The notes below the pieces were generated by a model. It saw only the letters and a program-made list of their open reading frames with translations, ran no database searches and was not told the origin of the DNA. A DNA stretch of 64,000 nt from Candidatus Eiseniibacteriota bacterium (lineage in GTDB: Bacteria; Eisenbacteria; RBG-16-71-46; DASYSL01), in assembly GCA_050733935.1 (NCBI GenBank), contig JBOHUC010000024.1, positions 8,750-72,749 of the forward strand. Reading direction: 5' to 3'. Position 1 is the stretch's first letter, and every line of letters begins with the position of its first letter. Positions 9,881 through 20,577 of this stretch are shown piece after piece. Made by a program: the position numbers and the translations under genes.

Positions 9881-10551
9881 GACTGGCCTCCTTCCCGGGC
9901 CCCGCTTCCTGCGGGCACGTCCTTCCGGCGCAACGTATCGAGATAGCGCGTCAGCATCGTTTCGCAGTCGGAAAAGGCCCCCGGCCCGCGCACGGCCTTG
10001 GCGAGCAGGATCGTGCCCTCGAGCATCGAGAGCAGGAATCCTCCGGCGACGCCGGGAGAGAAATCGTCTGCGAGCTCACCGTCCCGCTGACCGCGCGCCA
10101 GCGCGTCGGCAATGAGCTGTTTCAAGTCGTCGAAGCACGCCACCAGCTCGCGGCGAATGTCTTCGTGCACGTCCGTCGTCTCGGCGGCGAAGTTGCCGAG
10201 AAGACATCCACGCTTGCAGCCGCCGTCCGTCTGATACTGGATGGCCTGGCGGAAGAAGGCCTGGACCTGAGGGATCGCGTCTCCTGTCCCGGTGAAGACG
10301 CTGCGCGTGAGCTCCTCGCGAACGAACAACCGGTATCGGTACAGGAGCTCCCGTCCCAGGTCCTCCTTGCTCTTGAAGTAGAAGTAGAACGAACCCTTCG
10401 GCACCCCGCTCGCGTCGAGAATTTCCTGGAGGCCGGTGTTCTTGAACCCCTTCTGATGGATGAGCTCGGTGGCCGCAGCCAGGATTCGCGCTTTGGTCTC
10501 CTCACCCTTGCGTGTGGGGGCGACGCCGAGTTCGTTCATGCCGTCCATCAT
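9877..10551 (-). CDS. TetR/AcrR family transcriptional regulator
   Basis: N-terminal TetR HTH (KARILAAATELIHQKGFKNTGLQEILDASGVPKGSFYFYFKSKE). The stop overlaps the start of the ECF sigma gene (ATGA). Confidence 0.85.
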   Translation of the reverse strand: MMDGMNELGVAPTRKGEETKARILAAATELIHQKGFKNTGLQEILDASGVPKGSFYFYFKSKEDLGRELLYRYRLFVREELTRSVFTGTGDAIPQVQAFFRQAIQYQTDGGCKRGCLLGNFAAETTDVHEDIRRELVACFDDLKQLIADALARGQRDGELADDFSPGVAGGFLLSMLEGTILLAKAVRGPGAFSDCETMLTRYLDTLRRKDVPAGSGAREGGQS

Positions 10552-10752
10552 ATAGACGACCGGTCTATTACGAAGACAAGTCGGCGTAAAGCTCCGATCG
10601 GCCCTGGTTGCTGAGCAGCAAGTGCTCCCAGGCGAAGCGCGCCCCTGACCACGTTCGGCCGGGTGCGACCCCGACGCCTCGGATCTTGAAGTCTTATCTG
10701 GTCAATCACTTGCGTCCGTCGAGGAAAACCGAAAAGGCGAGCCCGAATCCCG

Positions 10753-10779
10753 TTGACGTGGATATCGAAGGGATATAAT
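10753..10779 (+). promoter_or_regulatory. Sigma-70-like promoter (TTGACG-15 nt-TATAAT) with a TGATATCA palindrome just downstream
   Basis: Perfect -10 hexamer and near-perfect -35 about 40 nt upstream of the SPFH gene. The RBS AAGGGGG lies before the ATG at 10818. The divergent tetR suggests the palindromes are operator sites. Confidence 0.55.
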
Positions 10780-10817
10780 ACTGATATCACTCAACCGAAA
10801 GGGGGTTCGAGAAACCC

Positions 10818-11690
10818 ATGACCAAAGAGACCCAGGCTCACCCGCTCCCCGGAATTCTCGGGCTGTTCCTCTTCCTCGGACTACTCGCCGTGTCGACCTG
10901 GTTCGTGTTCCGGGCATCGCCGATCGAGCCTTACGTGCTGTCCGTGTCGCTCGGGATCTTCGGGTTCCTCGTGGCCACCCTGGTGCTGAACGGTCTTTTC
11001 ACCGTGCAGCCGAACCAGGCGGTGGTGCTGATCCTGCTCGGCAACTACAGCGGGACTGTGCGCACGCCCGGCTGGTGGTTCACGAATCCGATCATGAGCA
11101 AGAAGCGCGTGTCCCTCCGCGTCCACTCGCTGAACGGCGAGAAGCTCAAAGTGAACGACCAGGATGGGAATCCGGTCGAGATTGCCGCCGTCACGGTGTG
11201 GCGCGTGCGCGACTCGGCGCAGGCCATCTTCGACGTGGAGAAATATGTGGAGTTCGTCGCGGTCCAGAGCGAGACCTGCGTTCGCCATCTGGCGAGCCAG
11301 TATCCGTACGATTCGCACGACGACGTCACCTTGTCGTTGCGCGGCAGCATGGACCAGATCGCCGACACGTTGAGCACGGAGCTCCAGACGCGCCTCGACA
11401 AGGCCGGCGTCGAAGTGATCGAAGCGCGACTCTCCCACCTCGCGTACGGGCCGGAGATCGCAAGCGCGATGCTGCGCCGCCAGCAGGCGGGAGCGGTCGT
11501 TGCCGCCCGCATGCGGATCGTGGACGGCGCGGTCGGAATGGTCGAGATGGCGCTCGAGCGGCTCGCCCAGCGGCACACGGTCGAGTTCGACGAGGAGAAG
11601 AAGGCGGCCATGGTCTCGAACCTGCTCGTCGTCCTGTGCAGCGAGCAAGCGGCAAGCCCGGTCATCAACGCAGGGACGCTTCACACCTAG
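10818..11690 (+). CDS. SPFH/band-7 (stomatin/prohibitin-like) domain membrane protein
   Basis: N-terminal TM segment followed by an SPFH-like core. First gene of a co-directional cluster. Confidence 0.8.
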   Translation: MTKETQAHPLPGILGLFLFLGLLAVSTWFVFRASPIEPYVLSVSLGIFGFLVATLVLNGLFTVQPNQAVVLILLGNYSGTVRTPGWWFTNPIMSKKRVSLRVHSLNGEKLKVNDQDGNPVEIAAVTVWRVRDSAQAIFDVEKYVEFVAVQSETCVRHLASQYPYDSHDDVTLSLRGSMDQIADTLSTELQTRLDKAGVEVIEARLSHLAYGPEIASAMLRRQQAGAVVAARMRIVDGAVGMVEMALERLAQRHTVEFDEEKKAAMVSNLLVVLCSEQAASPVINAGTLHT

Positions 11691-11729
11691 CCCGAGAACG
11701 GGCGAAAGGATCGGGACGGAACGACGATC

Positions 11730-11945
11730 ATGGCACTGCGAAAGGCATTCCTGCTCCGGGTGACGCCCGAGCTCCATGAGGCCCTCGAAAAGTGGGCCGC
11801 GGACGAGCTGAGGAGCGTCAACGGGCAGATCGAGTACCTTCTCTCGCAGGCCGTGAAGCAAGCCGGCCGGGAGCGACGCCGCGCCCGGACCGGCCCGGAG
11901 AATGACGAGTCGCGGCCGCAAGGCTCGAAAGAGGAGACGTCATGA
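11730..11945 (+). CDS. Arc-type ribbon-helix-helix DNA-binding protein
   Basis: [31 protein letters not shown] matches the Arc/MetJ RHH pattern (L-R-hydrophobic-P-E-L-H ... S-hydrophobic-N). Confidence 0.55.
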   Translation: MALRKAFLLRVTPELHEALEKWAADELRSVNGQIEYLLSQAVKQAGRERRRARTGPENDESRPQGSKEETS

Positions 11946-12205
11946 CCCAGATCAAGGTGTACCCGGCGCCCTGGATGCGGTGGTTCGTCGTCGCGCTTCT
12001 CGTTCCGGTCTGGGGCTTCATCACCTACGGCACGTTCTTCCAGACCGGCGAGGAGCGCGTCCCGATCTTCATGTGGGTGTTCATCACGGTCATCTTCGTA
12101 TTCGTCGGGACCATGCTGTTCCTGGGCGGCGCGCGGCGGATGCCCACGCACGTGCTCGAGGTGGACGACGAGGACATCAGGCGATTGCTCGGCAAGGGCA
12201 AGTAG
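11942..12205 (+). CDS. Small two-TM membrane protein, hypothetical
   Basis: ATGA overlap with the RHH gene. Two hydrophobic helices. Confidence 0.5.
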   Translation: MTQIKVYPAPWMRWFVVALLVPVWGFITYGTFFQTGEERVPIFMWVFITVIFVFVGTMLFLGGARRMPTHVLEVDDEDIRRLLGKGK

Positions 12206-12233
12206 CGGACACCGTCACACGGGGAACGAAGCG

Positions 12234-13212
<979 letters not shown>

Positions 13213-13220
<8 letters not shown>

Positions 13221-14430
13221 TTCCCGCCGCCCCGAGTGGCTTCCGGTCGCCCGCTTCGAGACGTTTCGGACGCTCAGGCGGGGGGACTTCATCGTCACCC
13301 TTCTCATCATGCCGCTCATCATCGTGGGCGTTTCGTTCGGCGTGAACGTTCTCACGAAGCGCGCGAGCCGGCCGGCGAAGGTTGCGCTCGTCTCCGAGTC
13401 GCCGCTCCTCACCCTGGGCACGGCCCCGTTCGACTCGATCGAAGGAATCGCGCTCGTGCGCGTCAGCGGAGCGGCCGCCACGCCCGAATCGCTCGCCCGC
13501 GCGGTCGACACGAAGGCGCTCGATGGTGCGATCCTGGTTCCGGCACGTTTCGCAGCCGACGACTCCGTCCGGCTCATCGTCCGGCGTGCGGATCCATCGT
13601 GGGTACGGCGCGTGCACGATCCTTTCCGGGTCGCGGCACGCCACGCGCGGGCCGTCGACGCGGGGCTCGCGCGCGAGATCGCGACGGCGCTCGACGATCC
13701 GGTGAAGCTCGCGCAGTCCCCGACGCAGCCCTCGGGTGGAACCGAGCGGGCGGACCGCGCTGTGGCGTTCGCCCTCGCGGTCCTGCTCCTGAGCACGATT
13801 TACGCGACGGCGGCCTATCTTGCGGTCGGGATTACGGGAGAGAAACAGGCACGCGCGACCGAGGTGATCATCTCCGCGATTCGCCCGCAGGCCTGGATGG
13901 ACGGCAAGCTGATCGCGTTCACCGCACTCGGTCTGCTTCAGCTCGTGGTCTGGGCCGCCTCGCTCGCGGCGATCGCCATCTTCATGTCGTGGTGGAAACT
14001 GCCGCCGGTCGATCCGGTCGCGCTCGCGACGAACCTGGCCTTCGCGGTGCTCGGGTTTGCGTTCTACGTTGCGCTCTTCGCGGCCATCCTCGCGACGATC
14101 AAAGACCTTCAGTCGACGTCGAAGTTCCAGGCCTACCTGTACTTCCTGCCGGTCATCCCGCTTCTGTTCCTCGATCCGGTGGTGGACAACCCGGAGTCCA
14201 CGCTTGCGATCGTGCTCTCCTGGTTCCCGGCGTTCTCTCCGATGCTCATGCCGGCACGGCTCGCACTGCACGCCGCGGCCTGGTGGGAGGTCGCGGGCGC
14301 GCTCGTGCTCCTTGCGTTCGCGACGTATCTCATGCGCCTCGCGGCCGGGCACGCGTTCCGGATCGGGATGCTCATGTACGGGAAGGAAGTGAGCCTGCCC
14401 GAGCTCGTGCGCTGGGCACGAACCGAGTAG
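13213..14430 (+). CDS. ABC-2 family transporter permease
   Basis: GTG start overlapping the ATPase stop (GTGACTGA), with RBS AGGAGGA at 13201. Multi-TM protein within the longer ORF 12895-14430. Confidence 0.75.
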
Positions 14431-14468
14431 CGAGTTGGCGGGCGGCGGCGGGCGCGACCGCCGCGACG

Positions 14469-14957
14469 TCAGCGCGCGGCGGGAACGGTTGCGAGAGTGG
14501 TGAGCGCTTCTCCGGCCACGCGGTAGGTCGTCCAGTCGTCGAGCGGCACCGCACCGAGCGATTTGTAGAACGCGATCGAGGGTTCGTTCCAGTCGAGCAC
14601 CGCCCACTCGAGACGTCCCCCGCCCCGCTCGAGCGCAAGAACGGCAAGCCGCGCGAGAAGCGCGCGCCCCACGCCCCGGCCCCGTGCTTCCGGAAGCACG
14701 AAGAGATCCTCGAGCCACAGGCCGGGCTTGCCGAGAAACGTCGAATACGTCGGGAAGAAAAGTGCGTACCCCACCGGCTGCTCTTCCAGGGACGCGACGA
14801 GCGCTTCCGCGCAGGGGCGCGGTCCGAAGAGCGCACGTTCGAGGTCCGCTTCGGTCGCGACCAGCGTGTGCTGGAGCTTTTCGTAGACCGAGAGCGCCTG
14901 AACGAGGCGATGGAGCAGGGGAACGTCGGCCGGCGTGGCCGCCGCGATGCGGATCAC
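14469..14957 (-). CDS. GNAT family N-acetyltransferase
   Basis: RGRGVGRALL motif A and a typical ~160 aa length. Confidence 0.8.
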   Translation of the reverse strand: MIRIAAATPADVPLLHRLVQALSVYEKLQHTLVATEADLERALFGPRPCAEALVASLEEQPVGYALFFPTYSTFLGKPGLWLEDLFVLPEARGRGVGRALLARLAVLALERGGGRLEWAVLDWNEPSIAFYKSLGAVPLDDWTTYRVAGEALTTLATVPAAR

Positions 14958-14961
14958 CGTC

Positions 14962-16302
14962 TCAGGCTCCGCGAACGGCCGAGAGCTTGGGGTCCTTGGC
15001 CTTCACCTCGCCGCCTTCGGTCGAGAGATTTGCGCCCGCTGCGGCCGAAGACTCCGCGCTTGCGGCCGCGAGCTTCTGCGCCTCGACGGTCGCAGGGTCG
15101 TTGTAGCCCTTCTGCACTTCGCGGGGAATGTAGGCCTCGAGGAGCTGGGTCAGCGCCGCGGTCTCCTTGACCAGGTTCCGCGCGACGACCATGCGCTGCA
15201 CCTGGTTCGTGCCTTCGTAGATCTGCGTGATCTTCGCGTCCCGCATGTATTTCTCGATCGGATAGTCGCGCATGAAGCCGTAGCCGCCGAACACCTGGAC
15301 GGCGTCGGTCGTCACCTTCATGGCCGTCTCCGTCGCGTAGAGCTTCGCCATCGCGGCCATCTTGTTCGCCGTCGGAAGCTTCTTGTCGAGCGCGGTCGCA
15401 CTCGCGTACACGAGCTGGCGCGCCGCCTCGATCTGGGTGGCCATGTCGGAGAGCAGCTGCTGGATCATCTGGAACGAGTTGATGGACTGGCCGAACTGCT
15501 GGCGGCGCGCAGAGTAGACCATCGCGTACTCGAGCGCGCCCTGCGCGAGCCCCAGGCCCTGAGCCGCCACGCCGGGGCGCGCGAGATCGAGCGTGCCCAT
15601 CGCGTGATGGAAGCCGAAGCCCGGTTGCCCTCCGAGGAGATGCGCGGTTTCGACCCGGACGTCCTTGAAGTGGGTCTCGACGACGGGGACACAGCGGATC
15701 CCCATCTTGTCTTCGACCTTCCCGACCGTGAAGCCCGGCGTTCCCTTCTCGACCAGGAACGCGGAGATACGGCGCGACTTCGACGCCGGATCGGAGACCG
15801 CGAAGACCGTGTAGAGATCCGCGGCGCCGCCGTTCGTCGTCCACTTCTTCTCGCCGTTCAGAACCCAACCGTCGCCTGCGGGTTTCGCATCGAGGCGGAG
15901 GCTCGCCGCGTCCGAGCCCGCGAACTTTTCGGAGAGACAGAATGCGATGAGCTTCTCCCCGCTCGCGATCTTCGGCAGCCAGCGCTTCTTCTGCTCCTCG
16001 GTCGCTCCGACGAGGATCGGGAACGAGCCGAGCGCGTTCACGCAGTACATGACGCCGACGCCGCCGCACGCGCGCGAGAGTTGCTCGATCACGAGACAGA
16101 GATCGAGCACTGTGCCGCCGGCCCCGCCGTATTCCTTGGGGATCCAGACGCTGAAGAATCCAGCCTCGGCGAGCGCGTCCTTGATTTCCCACGGATACTC
16201 CTGGAGATCGTCGTATTTCTTCGCGAGCGGACGCACGACCTTCTCGGCCACCTGGCGGGCCTTCTCCTGCCACATGCGATTCTGGTCGTTCAGGAACGGC
16301 AT
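14962..16302 (-). CDS. Acyl-CoA dehydrogenase with a ~60 aa low-complexity C-terminal extension
   Basis: ACAD N-terminal, middle and C-terminal domain motifs (WTTNGG, YEGTNQVQRMVVAR). The start is taken at MPFLNDQ. Confidence 0.85.
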   Translation of the reverse strand: MPFLNDQNRMWQEKARQVAEKVVRPLAKKYDDLQEYPWEIKDALAEAGFFSVWIPKEYGGAGGTVLDLCLVIEQLSRACGGVGVMYCVNALGSFPILVGATEEQKKRWLPKIASGEKLIAFCLSEKFAGSDAASLRLDAKPAGDGWVLNGEKKWTTNGGAADLYTVFAVSDPASKSRRISAFLVEKGTPGFTVGKVEDKMGIRCVPVVETHFKDVRVETAHLLGGQPGFGFHHAMGTLDLARPGVAAQGLGLAQGALEYAMVYSARRQQFGQSINSFQMIQQLLSDMATQIEAARQLVYASATALDKKLPTANKMAAMAKLYATETAMKVTTDAVQVFGGYGFMRDYPIEKYMRDAKITQIYEGTNQVQRMVVARNLVKETAALTQLLEAYIPREVQKGYNDPATVEAQKLAAASAESSAAAGANLSTEGGEVKAKDPKLSAVRGA

Positions 16303-16340
16303 CGGAGTCCTCTCGGGCAAGCAAGGATCGGAAGGTGGGG

Positions 16341-16385
16341 GCAACGAAAAAGCCGCCGGCATGATAGCACAGCCGGCGGCCTCGA
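16341..16385 (-). terminator. Rho-independent terminator for the lipoprotein/Rieske transcript
   Basis: The minus strand reads GCCGCCGGC-loop-GCCGGCGGC followed by TTTTT. Confidence 0.5.
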
Positions 16386-16417
16386 AGCCTCGGGGGCACT
16401 ACCGTCACCGGGGCGTC

Positions 16418-16576
16418 TCAGAACCAGATCGGGCCCGTTCCGATCGACACGCTTCCATACGGGCCGCCGCCGTATCCTCCGCGGATCGGGACCGAGATTC
16501 CGACCGATCCGTAGCAGCCGGCGAGCGCGATCACGGTCAGCGTGACGACAAGCAGAAGACGAAATGAAGTGCGCAT
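16418..16576 (-). CDS. Small Gly-rich lipoprotein (52 aa)
   Basis: MRTSFRLLLVVTLTVIALAGC lipobox signal, RBS AAAGGAG 6 nt upstream, followed by a terminator. Too short for the ORF table. Confidence 0.55.
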   Translation of the reverse strand: MRTSFRLLLVVTLTVIALAGCYGSVGISVPIRGGYGGGPYGSVSIGTGPIWF

Positions 16577-16611
16577 GATCGGCTCCTTTCAGAACCGCCC
16601 AGGGCCGCGTG

Positions 16612-16923
16612 TCAGTCCGGCAGCGTCAGGTAGAGTCCATCCTGCTGTTCCACAATCGGGTACGTGCGCAGGTCGCGCCCCGGAACGGTCTCGCATCGGC
16701 CGGTCGGAAGTTCGAACTGCCATCCATGCCATGGACACGTGACGAGCAGTCCCTCGAGATATCCCTCGTGCAGCGGACCCTGGCGATGCGGACACTCGTT
16801 CGAAATCGCGTAGTGAGTTCCGTTCGCGTTGAAGACCGCGATCGCAACTCCTCCCTCCTCGATCAATCGGGACTGACCGGGGGCGATTTCTCCCGGACTT
16901 GCGATCCGGACCGTGCGTGACAT
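16612..16923 (-). CDS. Rieske [2Fe-2S] domain protein (NirD / oxygenase ferredoxin-like)
   Basis: CPHRQGPL ... CPWHGWQF, i.e. CxH-Xn-CxxH. Confidence 0.85.
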   Translation of the reverse strand: MSRTVRIASPGEIAPGQSRLIEEGGVAIAVFNANGTHYAISNECPHRQGPLHEGYLEGLLVTCPWHGWQFELPTGRCETVPGRDLRTYPIVEQQDGLYLTLPD

Positions 16924-17047
16924 GGGGGTTCATTCCCTGCGGTGGAGGTGTAGGATGGGTTTCCCGGGGGTCGGCGCGCCGACCTCCGTGCGCGCGCCGG
17001 CCGCATCCTATCCAATGCACCTCCATGGTCTCAACCTCGGAGGCATC

Positions 17048-18325
17048 ATGAGCACCACCGCCCCGACCGCTCCTCGTCGCTCCACCGGCCATTCCCCGTT
17101 CCAGGCGGCGAACGCGCTGTTCGATCGCGCCGCCGAGAAGCTCGACCTCGATCCCGCGATGCGCGCGATGTTGCGCGCGCCACAGCGCGAGATCGGCGTG
17201 CGGGTGTCGTTCGAGCGCGACGACGGTGTCTTCGAGACCGTCGCGGGCTATCGCGTTCAGCACAACGACGCCCGGGGGCCGTTCAAGGGGGGAATCCGTT
17301 ATCACCCGGCGGTGGATCTGGACGAGGTGCGCGCACTGGCGGCCCTCATGACGTGGAAGACGGCCCTCGCCGATCTTCCGTTCGGCGGGGCGAAGGGCGG
17401 GATCGCAATCGATCCGAAGCCTCTCTCGCGCGGCGAGCTCGAGCATCTGACACGCGCGTACACGCGCGCGATTGGTCCCCTGATCGGACCCAAGGTCGAC
17501 GTGCCGGCTCCGGACGTGAACACGACACCACAGATCATGGGGTGGCTCGCGGACGAGTTCGGGCGCATGTGCGGCGAGTGGTCGCCTGCGGTCGTGACCG
17601 GGAAGCCGATCGAAGCGGGCGGCTCGCTCGGACGGACCGAGGCCACCGGGCGCGGGGCGGCACTCCTTGCGCGCGCGCAGGCGAAGCGGCAGGGCATCGA
17701 GATGCGCGGCGCCACGGCCGTGATCCAGGGCTTCGGAAACGCGGGCGCGTACGCCGCGCGGTTTCTCTCCGAAATGGGCGTGCGCGTGCTGGCGGCCGGC
17801 AATTCGCGTGCGTCGCTCCACAACGAGCGGGGCATCGACGTCGAGGAGCTGATCGGCCACGACGCGCGTACCGGTGGCCTCGCAGGCTTCGGCGGCGCGG
17901 GACCGGTCGGGCACGCGGACCTCCTCGCGATCGAGTGCGACATTCTCGTGCCCGCGGCACTCGGGGATGCGATCGACGAGACGAACGTGGGACGGCTCAA
18001 GACGCGTCTCATCGTCGAGGCCGCGAACCACCCGATCACGCCGGCGGCCGATGCCGAGCTCGAGCGGCGCGGCATTCCTGTGATTCCGGACATCCTCGCG
18101 AACGCGGGCGGCGTGACCGTGAGCTACTTCGAGTGGGTGCAGAACCTCCAGCAGCAGCAGTGGACCGAGGAGCACGTGAACGCGGCGCTCGCCGCCGTGC
18201 TCGATCGGGCCTACGAAGCGGTGTCGAAGCGTGCTTCCGAAGCGCGCGTGTCGTTGCGCACGGCGGCGTTCATGGTCGCGATCGAGCGGGTCGCGGCGGC
18301 GGCCCGCGCGCGGGGTGCGGCCTGA
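17048..18325 (+). CDS. gdhA: Glutamate dehydrogenase (Glu/Leu/Phe/Val dehydrogenase family)
   Basis: GGAKGGI active-site motif and a GFGNAGAYAARF NAD(P)-binding glycine-rich motif. RBS GGAGG precedes the ATG at 17048. Confidence 0.88.
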   Translation: MSTTAPTAPRRSTGHSPFQAANALFDRAAEKLDLDPAMRAMLRAPQREIGVRVSFERDDGVFETVAGYRVQHNDARGPFKGGIRYHPAVDLDEVRALAALMTWKTALADLPFGGAKGGIAIDPKPLSRGELEHLTRAYTRAIGPLIGPKVDVPAPDVNTTPQIMGWLADEFGRMCGEWSPAVVTGKPIEAGGSLGRTEATGRGAALLARAQAKRQGIEMRGATAVIQGFGNAGAYAARFLSEMGVRVLAAGNSRASLHNERGIDVEELIGHDARTGGLAGFGGAGPVGHADLLAIECDILVPAALGDAIDETNVGRLKTRLIVEAANHPITPAADAELERRGIPVIPDILANAGGVTVSYFEWVQNLQQQQWTEEHVNAALAAVLDRAYEAVSKRASEARVSLRTAAFMVAIERVAAAARARGAA

Positions 18326-18328
18326 GCG

Positions 18329-19681
18329 GTGGCGGCACGAGACGTCCGCCGTAAGGTCACGTTCCCGGCAGCCCGGGGCCTCCTGCGGGTTCTCGCGAGC
18401 CTTGCGATCACGGCTCTGGCGGCGCTTCCCGGCTGCGGCCCCGGTGCGGAGGACGCGGGGCGCCCGCCGCCTCTTCGCGTGCTCCTCCCTCCCGGCGAAC
18501 GTCCGTTCTGGGAGCCGCTCGCCCGCACCTTCGAGCATGCGAACCCGGGGATACGAGTTCTTCTCGTCGAGGGACCCCAGCCCACGGACCTGCGCGAGAA
18601 CCTGTACACCGCATCCCTCCTGGCCCGCGATCCGACGTTCGACCTCGTCTATCTCGACGTCACCTGGACTCCCAAGTTCGCGGCCGCGGGGTGGCTCCTT
18701 CCGCTCGACGACCGACTCGGCACATTTGGTCGCGCACGATTCCTCCCCGAAGCACTCGACGCAGGCGTGTATCGGGATCAGCTGTATCGCATCCCCGTGC
18801 GCACGGACATGGGCCTCCTGTTCTATCGACGGGACTGGCTCGATTCCGCCGGCATCGCGCCGCCGACGACCTTCGACGAGCTCCTGCGTGCGGCCCGGGC
18901 GTTTCACGATCCTCCCGCGCGCTTCGGCTACGTGTGGCAGGGCAGGCAGTACGAAGGCCTCGTGTGCAACTACCTCGAGGTCCTGCACGGGTTCGGCGGA
19001 GCCTGGACCGACGCTCGCACCGGGGAGGTCGCGCTCGATCACGCGCCGGCGATTGCCGCGCTCCGATTTCTCCGCTCCACGCTCGGCGCGGCGGGAGTGT
19101 CTCCACGCGGCGTGACCACCTACCAGGAAGAGGAGAGTCGGCGGCTGTTCGCGGACGGGCGAGCGGCTTTCCTGCGCAACTGGACCTACGTGTGGCGCCT
19201 CTTGCAGCGCGAAGATTCCCGTGTCCGCGGACGCGTGGGCGTCACGCTTCTGCCGCGCGACTCGGCAGGCCGTCCGGCGGGAACCCTCGGAGGGTGGGGC
19301 CTCGGCATCTCGCGCTACAGCCGAAGCCCCGATCTCGCGTTCGCGTTCATCCTTCACGCAACAACGATCGAGAGCCAGCGCGCGCTCTGCGAGCCGACCG
19401 GTTACGCGCCCTCGATCCTCGCCGCGTACGAGGATTCCACCCTCCTCGCGGCCAACCCCTTCCTCGCTCACTTTCGCACGTTGCATGCCGGAGCCGTGGC
19501 GCGGCCGGCCCTTCCCCGTTACGCGCTCGCTTCCGACGTGCTGCAGCGGCATCTGAGCGCGGCTCTCGCCGGACTCGCCGACCCGGCCGACGCGCTGCGA
19601 GATGCCGCTCGCGAGACTCGAATGCTCCTCGGGGACGGGAGCGTCGGGAGCGCGGCCGGAACCGGAACGAGGACTCGATGA
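18329..19681 (+). CDS. ABC transporter substrate-binding lipoprotein (carbohydrate type, family 1)
   Basis: GTG start, lipobox ALPGC, SBP_bac_1-like length and composition. Confidence 0.75.
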   Translation: MAARDVRRKVTFPAARGLLRVLASLAITALAALPGCGPGAEDAGRPPPLRVLLPPGERPFWEPLARTFEHANPGIRVLLVEGPQPTDLRENLYTASLLARDPTFDLVYLDVTWTPKFAAAGWLLPLDDRLGTFGRARFLPEALDAGVYRDQLYRIPVRTDMGLLFYRRDWLDSAGIAPPTTFDELLRAARAFHDPPARFGYVWQGRQYEGLVCNYLEVLHGFGGAWTDARTGEVALDHAPAIAALRFLRSTLGAAGVSPRGVTTYQEEESRRLFADGRAAFLRNWTYVWRLLQREDSRVRGRVGVTLLPRDSAGRPAGTLGGWGLGISRYSRSPDLAFAFILHATTIESQRALCEPTGYAPSILAAYEDSTLLAANPFLAHFRTLHAGAVARPALPRYALASDVLQRHLSAALAGLADPADALRDAARETRMLLGDGSVGSAAGTGTRTR

Positions 19682-20577
19682 CGCCCCCGTCGTCACGCCG
19701 TCGCGAGGAATCGTGGCAGCAGGCACTCCTCCTGGCGCCGGGAGCGATCCTGATCGCAGTGGTCGTCGCGCTACCGATCGCACGCGTGCTTCAGCTCTCC
19801 GCAAGCCGGGTCGAGCTCGCCGAGGGAATCGTCCTTCGCTGGGCGGGCCTCGAGCCGACGTTTCGGCTCTGGCAGGACGGACGGTGGTGGGCGGCGCTCC
19901 GCAACACGCTCGTGTTCGCGCTGTCCTCGGTCGCAATCGAAATGGTGCTCGGAACGGCGATGGCCCTGGTCCTTCATCGGACGTTTCGCGGGCGCGGTGC
20001 GGTGCGGGCTCTCGCCGTGCTCCCGTGGGCGCTGCCCACGGCCGTCATGGCCCTCGCGTGGGCCTGGATCTTCAATGATTCGTTCGGAGTCGCGAACGAT
20101 CTCCTGGGACGCATCGGCCTCGCCCGGGAACCGATCGCATGGCTCGCGCAGCCGTTCACGGCCATGTTCGCGTTGGTCGTCGCGGACGCGTGGAAGACCA
20201 CGCCGTTCGTCGCCCTGATCGTGCTGGCGGGGCTCGCTTCGATCCCGCAGGACCTCGTGGATGCGGCACGCGTCGACGGGCTCCCGCCGCACCGGATCTT
20301 CACGCGCGTGATCCTTCCCCTTCTTGCGCCCTCGCTCGTCATCGCGGCGGCCTTTCGGCTCGTGCAGGCCTTCGGCGCGTTCGATCTCGTCTATGTCATG
20401 ACCGGTGGCGGACCGGGCGGATCCACCGAGACCGTGTCCCTGTACGCGTACCAGAACTATTTCCGCTACCTGGACTTCGGATACGGATCGACGATCGCGG
20501 TTCAGGGCGCGCTCATCGTCGCCCTCCTCGCGTACGCGATTACGCGGCTCGGGCCGCGCGCGGAGGATCGAACGTGA
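19678..20577 (+). CDS. Sugar ABC transporter permease (MalF/UgpA-like)
   Basis: ATGA overlap with the SBP gene. Multi-TM protein with the EAA-like loop AARVDGLPPHRIFTRVILPLLAP. Confidence 0.85.
   Translation: MTPPSSRRREESWQQALLLAPGAILIAVVVALPIARVLQLSASRVELAEGIVLRWAGLEPTFRLWQDGRWWAALRNTLVFALSSVAIEMVLGTAMALVLHRTFRGRGAVRALAVLPWALPTAVMALAWAWIFNDSFGVANDLLGRIGLAREPIAWLAQPFTAMFALVVADAWKTTPFVALIVLAGLASIPQDLVDAARVDGLPPHRIFTRVILPLLAPSLVIAAAFRLVQAFGAFDLVYVMTGGGPGGSTETVSLYAYQNYFRYLDFGYGSTIAVQGALIVALLAYAITRLGPRAEDRT

Noticed and set aside
11720-11740. A TGGCAC hexamer, possible sigma-54 -24 element.
   Set aside because: No TTGC at the -12 position, and it coincides with the RHH gene start codon (ATGGCACTG = M-A-L).
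16589-19936. A 1115-aa ORF on the minus strand.
   Set aside because: Extremely Arg/Ala/Pro-rich with no motifs. It lies antisense to the clearly real gdhA and SBP genes, a typical high-GC antisense artefact.
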